DNA of 64,000 bases from Eledone cirrhosa (lineage: Eukaryota). Each line of letters begins with the position of its first letter. The first letter of the stretch is position 1. The notes beneath the pieces were generated by a model. It saw nothing but the letters and a program-made list of their open reading frames with translations, searched no databases and had not been told where the DNA came from. The position numbers and the translations under genes were made by a program. The stretch spans positions 343,108,001 through 343,172,000 of the forward strand of contig OZ024740.1 of the NCBI GenBank assembly GCA_964016885.1. The letters run 5' to 3'. Of this stretch, positions 58,139 to 64,000 are shown piece by piece.

Positions 58139-59308
58139 AAAGTAAGGGTTGGGGGAAGAACGGGGTTGCATGTTCAGGAAGAGGTGTGTGTGTGTGTGGG
58201 GGGGGGGGGGGGGTTGTAGGTCGGAGTGTCTGTGCGTGTGTGGATAGAGGGGTGGGGGAAGAGGAATCAGGAGGCTGAGGGTGTAAATATGTGGTGGAAA
58301 GCACGTGTGTGTGGGGTTTAAGCGTGTTGTGGGTGTAGGTGGCGTGTGGGATAAAAAAATTTGTTTTGGGTGTGTGTGTGTGGGTGAGTTATATAGGTGA
58401 TTCCGTAAGAGGATGATTGAAATGTTGGTAAATTCCTATGATGTTTAGTAGATTCCGTGGTGGTCAAGTTCCACATACGAGTATTCCATGAAGAGATGGT
58501 CGGAAGAGGAGAGATGTGGGGTGCGCGCGCAACAGGAAGTGGTCAAGCGGTGGGAGTGCTGTGTGTCTGTTTGTGCTGGGAGGTGGTCAGAGGGCATAGC
58601 AGCAGTCGGGTGGAATGGTAAAGGGGCGAGAATGGGTAGGTGTGAAAGTTGGAGTGAGGAGGGTGTGTGTGTGTATTAGTAGAGGTGTTAGTGGGATGAG
58701 TGAGTGTGGAGCGAGGGTGTGGATGGAGCGGGGAGAGAAGGGTGTGTGTAGTTCTATGGAGGGAGTGTGGTGTACTGGTGTGTGTGTAGTTTGATGAAGG
58801 AGGTGTTAGTGGGTGTTAGTATACGGGAGGTGGGGAAAGGGTTGAATGCAGGTGTGAGTGGGGGTTAGTGGTGGTAGGGTGTGTAGCGTTGGTGGTGTAC
58901 GAGGGTGTGTGGGTACGTGTGCGTGGGGTTGGGGGGTGTTAGTAATGTTAGTTGCGTGTGGGGTGGGTGGTGTAAGTGGGTGCGTGTGTTCGTGTGCTTG
59001 GGGTCAGGGGGTGTTAGTGAGGTTAGTTGCGGGGTGGTGGGATGGAGGTGTGGGGGTGAGGGTTAGTGGTGGTAGGGTGTGTGTTTAGTGTGAGCGCGTG
59101 TATATATGTGCCGGTGGGTGTGTGCGTGTGATAAGGAGGGGGAGGAGAAGAAGGGAGGGATGTTAGTATGTTAGTTGAGGAAGGGTGGTCGGATGAGGGG
59201 TGGAGTGGAGGTGTTAGTATTGTTAGTTGTGGGGTGGGCGGTGAAAAGGAGGGGTGTGTTAGTGGTGTTAGTGGGGGATATGTGTGGGAGGAAGGGGGCG
59301 GTCGAAGG

Positions 59309-62131
59309 CTAAAAAAATAAGGGTGGGGAGTTCAGGCCGGGGGGAGTGTGGGTCTGTAAGATGAAGATAGTTCTTTGTTCGACTCTAAGGAGATTGGCGG
59401 GTGTTCCGTGGCATTGGAGTAGGCCACAGACTGTGAGATGGCGTGCGGAATGTCCAGGGCCACCAAAGTGGCGGGCGATCGGGGAACTACCACCGGGACG
59501 AATATCCCGGAGGTGCTCAGTGAATCGGTCCGCCAGGCGACGTCCCGTCTGTCCGACATAAGTCAGTCGCGCTGCACTCCGTGCAGCGAAGTCCGTAGAC
59601 TGGGTTGGAGGAGGTGCAGCGGAAGGCATGCCGGACAGAGAGTGGCCGTTGGGACCCTGGAAGGTGGTGGTGTTGGTGATGTGGGGACAGGTGTTGCAGC
59701 GGGGCCTAGAACAGGGAAAGGAACCGGGGGGGGGGACAGAGCGTGGGTTGGGGGGTAGGGAACTGTGGACGAGGAGGGTGCGGAGATTGCGTGCGCGTTT
59801 GAAGGAGGGGAGTGGTGGGGTTGGGAAGATGTGGGAGGTGGAGGGGTCGGACTGGAGGCGTCGGAAGAGGCGGCGGATGGTGCGGTGGAGGGGTAAGGTG
59901 GAGGGGTGGTAGGTGATGGGGAAGGGGAGACGGTGGGTGGGTGTGCGGTGGCGTGGGGTGAGGGTGGTGGAGCGGTGGACAGCACGGGCGCGGGTGAGAG
60001 CGGTGTGGACGAGAGAGGGGGGGGGGGGGGGGTAACCTCTGCGGATGAAATGGTTGACTAGGGAAAGGGCCTGGGACTCGAAATCAGCATCTCGGCTACA
60101 GAGGCGGCGGATCCTGAGGAGTTGAGAGTAGGGAATAGAGTGTTTAGTGTGTGTGGGGTGGGAAGAGGTGAAGTCGAGGTAAGAGTGGGAGTCGGTGGGT
60201 TTGAAGAAGGCGGAGGTGACGAGGGAGTGGTGGGAGGGGTCGAAGGCGACGGAGATGTCTAAGAAGTGGACGTGGGTGGTGGAGATAGAGGTGGTGAAGT
60301 GGAGGGAGGGGTGGAAGGAGCAGAAGAAGGAGAGAAAGGAGTCGAGCTGTTCTCGGGTGAGGGTCGTGGCTCCGATACAGTCGTCAATGTAACGACCGTA
60401 CAGTTCGGGCGTGGAGCCGGTGTACTGGGCAAAGATTTGGGCCTCAACATGGCCAACAAAAAGGTTGGCATAGTTCGGGCCCATTCTTGTGCCCATGGCT
60501 ACCCCCGTGACCTGTTGGTAAAACTCACCCGAGAAGGAGAACCAATTGAGGGTGAGGACCAGCTCGGCGAGGCGAAGGAGGGTGGGGGTGGAGGGAATGG
60601 GGGAGGGGCAAAGGTCGAAGTAGTGTTTGAGGGCGCGTAGGCCGTCGGCGTGGGGGATGACGGTATAGAGGGACTTGATGTCTAGGGTGAAGAGGAAGGG
60701 CTGTGGGCCGGGTGGGTAGGTGAAGGAGTCGAAAAGGCGCAGGGCGTGGTTGGTGTCGGAGATGTGGGAGGGGAGGGTGGTGACAAGGGGGGCGAGGATG
60801 GAGTTGAGAAAGGCGGAGATGAGTTCGGTGGGGAAGTTGCAAGCGGAGACGATGGGGCGGCCGGGGTTGTCGGGTTTGTGGAGTTTGGGGAGGAAGTAGA
60901 TGGTGGGGGTGCGGGGGGTGCGGACGATGAGGTGGGAAGCGGTGGGGGGGGGGGAGGGAGGAGGCGATAAGGTCTTGGATGGTGGAGGAGACTTGTTGTT
61001 GGTAGAGGGGGGTGGGATCGGAGGGTAGAGGGCGGTAGAAGAGGGGGTTACAGAGCTGCCTGAGGGCTTCGGCCGTGTAGAGGTCCGCGCACCACACCAC
61101 CACGGCGCCTCCCTTGTCCGCCGGTTTGATGACGATGTCATCTCGGCTACGGAGGGAGCGGAGAGCGAGGAGTTCGCCCCGTGAGATATTGTACCGTTTG
61201 GAACGGTGGCGGAAGTCGAAACGATTTACTGCGCTACGGCTGGCATCGACGAATGCGTCCAGGGTGCTAAATTGCCCTGGGGCCGGCGTCCAAGAAGATG
61301 GTCGTCGGCCTAGGGCGAGAAACGGGTCTGGGGCGTCCGGAGCCGGTGGCGTTCGGCCGAAATGTGCCTGTAGTTTCGTGCGTCGCACGAATCGCTCGAC
61401 TTCGGTTCGGGTGCGGAACTCGTCGCTGTGCGGAGTGTGGGATATGAAGCGAAGGCCTCTACTAATGAGTGAGCGCTGAGGTGTGGAGAAGGGGAGATCA
61501 GGGGGTATGGTGACAACAAGTGGTGGGGTTTGGGTGTGTGGGGGGGAAGGGAGGGTGTGGTGAGGGGTGAGGTGGAGGGTGGAGATTGGGTAGGGGTGTG
61601 GGTCGAGGGAGAGGTGGAGAGTGGTGGGCGTATGGGGATGGGCGGGTGGTGGTGGATGGGGGTGGTTGGGAGGAGTGAGTGTAGCTTGCGGGCTTTGGTG
61701 GAGCTGAGGAAGGAGAAGAGGTTGTGGTTGAGGTTTTGGATGAAGGAGAGGATGGCTTGAGCGAGGAGGGGGTGGCAGGTGGAGTTAAGGCGGAGGAGGG
61801 TGGGTGTCAGTTGGTGGTCAAGTTGGCGGAGGGTGGAACGGGAGGCGCGGATGGAGTTGCGCATCAGGAGGCGTGAGGATCGGGTGAGGATACGTTGCGT
61901 GGAGGGGGAAGCGGCGGGGGAAGGGTGGAAGTGTAGACGGAAGTCGAGGTGGATAAGGTGGAGGCGGAGGCAGTGGCTGAGGAAATGGATGTGGCTGGAG
62001 TGCCGGGTTTTGGCGAAGAGAAGGTAGGAGAGTTGAAGGGCAGAGGGGAGATAGCAGGGTGGGAGGAGGGGGGTGAGGAAAAGTTTGAGGCGATTATGTA
62101 GTTGGTGGAGAAAGGATCTCAGGCTGGGCAT
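59309..62131 (-). pseudogene. Neptune PLE polyprotein (RT, Cys linker, GIY-YIG) with about 4 frameshifts
   Basis: KPADKGGAVVVW, YFLPKLHK..PGRPIVS, LDIKSLYT.IPH, GVAMGT, RYIDD, FLD, KPTD..YL...SSHP, CSRPRCNTC, YVGQTGRRLADRFTEH. Shifts near 61520, 60950, 59645 and 59570. Confidence 0.92.
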
Positions 62132-62354
62132 GGTAGGCGTTGGGTGAAAGCAGGGGGAGGGATGAGAAAGCAGGGATGTGAAGCGGGGTGGAGTGAACGA
62201 AGGATAGGCAGAGACGGGGAAGGGAAAATGAAACAGAAAAACGTAAGGAGGGGGGAGTATATATATATATTTTTATTAAAATAACAGATTAAAGTTTAAG
62301 CAAAGAATCGCTGCTTTCACTCTTAACGGGATCTTCTATATATATATATATATA

Positions 62355-62741
62355 GTTGAGAGATAGAGTCCTATCGGGTGCCAGTTGCTAATAGCTTTAC
62401 CGTGTCAGTCGTCACAAACAGTCATGGCCGGCATAGGCTGGTCTTAGGATTCTGTCGATCGATTGGTTATTGATTAGGCGATACCCGCTGATGAAGCCGC
62501 TTAAGCCGATTGTGCATTGTTGCATAATATATGCAGACAGATGGTGCAGTGCATCTTACTGCTGCATTAGTGCGGCAGAAACTCGAGCCCGGGAACATTA
62601 TAGGCACCCGTTTTACGTGTGTTGTGTTGAAGCAAATAACTTTGTGTATACTCTGGGAATGTATCTTACATTGCCCATGGAGTCCGCTGAGATACAACCG
62701 GTACTGGCATTGATAAATATGCTGGGTCCGTCAACCCTTAT

Positions 62742-62742
<1 letters not shown>
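62355..62742 (+). mobile_element. About 390-bp non-coding HHR-bearing insert between (TA)n tracts (PLE pLTR or retrozyme-like)
   Basis: (TA)n flanks; internal HHR at 62484-62593. Confidence 0.65.
62484..62593 (+). ncRNA. Hammerhead ribozyme with about 70-nt stem II insertion
   Basis: CCCG-CTGATGA-A-GCCGC...GCGGC-A-GAAA-CTCGAG-CC-CGGG; palindromic stem III; triplet GCC rather than GTC. Confidence 0.7.
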
Positions 62743-62811
<69 letters not shown>

Positions 62812-63303
62812 AAGCGGATGCACAAGACAAAAAGACAACGAAAAAAAAACAAAAAAAAACAACGGCACAAAAAAACAGTCTGTTCTCTTCAGTCAACTCT
62901 AGAAATCACTATAGTTTCGGTATATCAAAGTTGATCCTATTCATTCCAGTGCTCATGGGAAACAAGAAGATATGGGACAAATTGTGCCTTTCGGCGATAA
63001 AGACAAAAAATGCTACAAAAGGATTGAACTGAAAAGGAAGAGATAGAAACGCGATGTGCGGCGGCAGCTTAGCCAAAAGGAGAAAAATAGAAAAAAAAAA
63101 GAAAACAAAAAAAGAATTTGGACTGCAGTCTTACGAAGGCAGTGAAAAGGAAGAAAGAAAGGAAGGCAAATTATGATCAGTGTTACTTTTAGATAGGTGT
63201 TAAAAAGACAAGCGTAGCTAAGACCACATAGAACAGGAATAAAAAGAGGTGCGTACAAGACAATGACAACGGAAAAAACATGGAGGAATGAATATTTGTA
63301 TGT

Positions 63304-63370
<67 letters not shown>

Positions 63371-63771
63371 TATACATATAATTATAAATAAAGTCTTGTA
63401 CTTTGAATAAAGCAAGTTGCCTTGTCTAAGATTGGTTCTAAAGGCTTGGACCAGCTTAGCTTATACGAGTTTTCTCCCTTGCTTGGTTCTCATGATCCAA
63501 ACACCTCTAAATGGGGTTTCCGACTTGAAATTGTGAGGTTAGTCTCAGTTGATTGAAGTTTTTCTCCACACATCATATTTAGAATGCACAACTCTATTTG
63601 TAAGTATACACTTCATGCACGCACGGATATCTTAGACATATCTAATTATACGATTAAAGGATCCATAATCATTCCCCAACAATATATAAAAAAGAACTCA
63701 ATACTTTTGGAATTGAGAACAGTAATGGACATAATAAAATAAGACAGCAACCCGTATGATATTGTTTTCAA

Positions 63772-63859
<88 letters not shown>

Positions 63860-64000
63860 CCAAAATTAGGACCTGGCTACTGTCGTTTACCAATCGATTA
63901 ATTGGTGAAATATATTTCTTTAATGGAATATATACGAGGAAGATTAATCAAATTATAAGGTATCTATTTTTGAAGTTCTAGTTGAATTTTATTTAGTTAC

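Larger units (their letters stand above)
57685..62257 (-). mobile_element. Near full-length Neptune-clade Penelope-like element inserted in (TA)n
   Basis: (TA)n on both flanks, frameshifted RT-ZF-GIY-YIG ORF, 1.5-kb C-rich 3' UTR, terminal HHR motif and AATAAA. Confidence 0.9.

Overview
Eukaryotic, AT-rich, repeat-dominated genomic DNA. The SINE families and microsatellite load suggest a cephalopod such as Octopus, but this is inference. No intact host protein-coding gene is recognisable, and almost all ORF-track entries are microsatellite artefacts. Penelope-like elements (PLEs) dominate: three Naiad-type pieces (1-389, 423-4040, 35530-36880), a near-full-length Neptune-type element on the minus strand (57685-62257), and many short PLE 3' ends inserted in (TA)n/(CA)n tracts. 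About nine hammerhead ribozyme (HHR) motifs, intact or degenerate, can be read from these. Several insertions are fold-back hairpins, one of which turns at the position of an HHR stem II. Also present are decayed RTE, CR1, CRE and R4/Dong-like LINEs, two tRNA-derived SINE families (one targeting ATTATT), several MITE families (one with 6-bp TSDs), a Helitron end, a 45-bp minisatellite and a 2.8-kb (GAT)2-3AAT array. All family assignments come from motifs recognised by eye, not from database searches.
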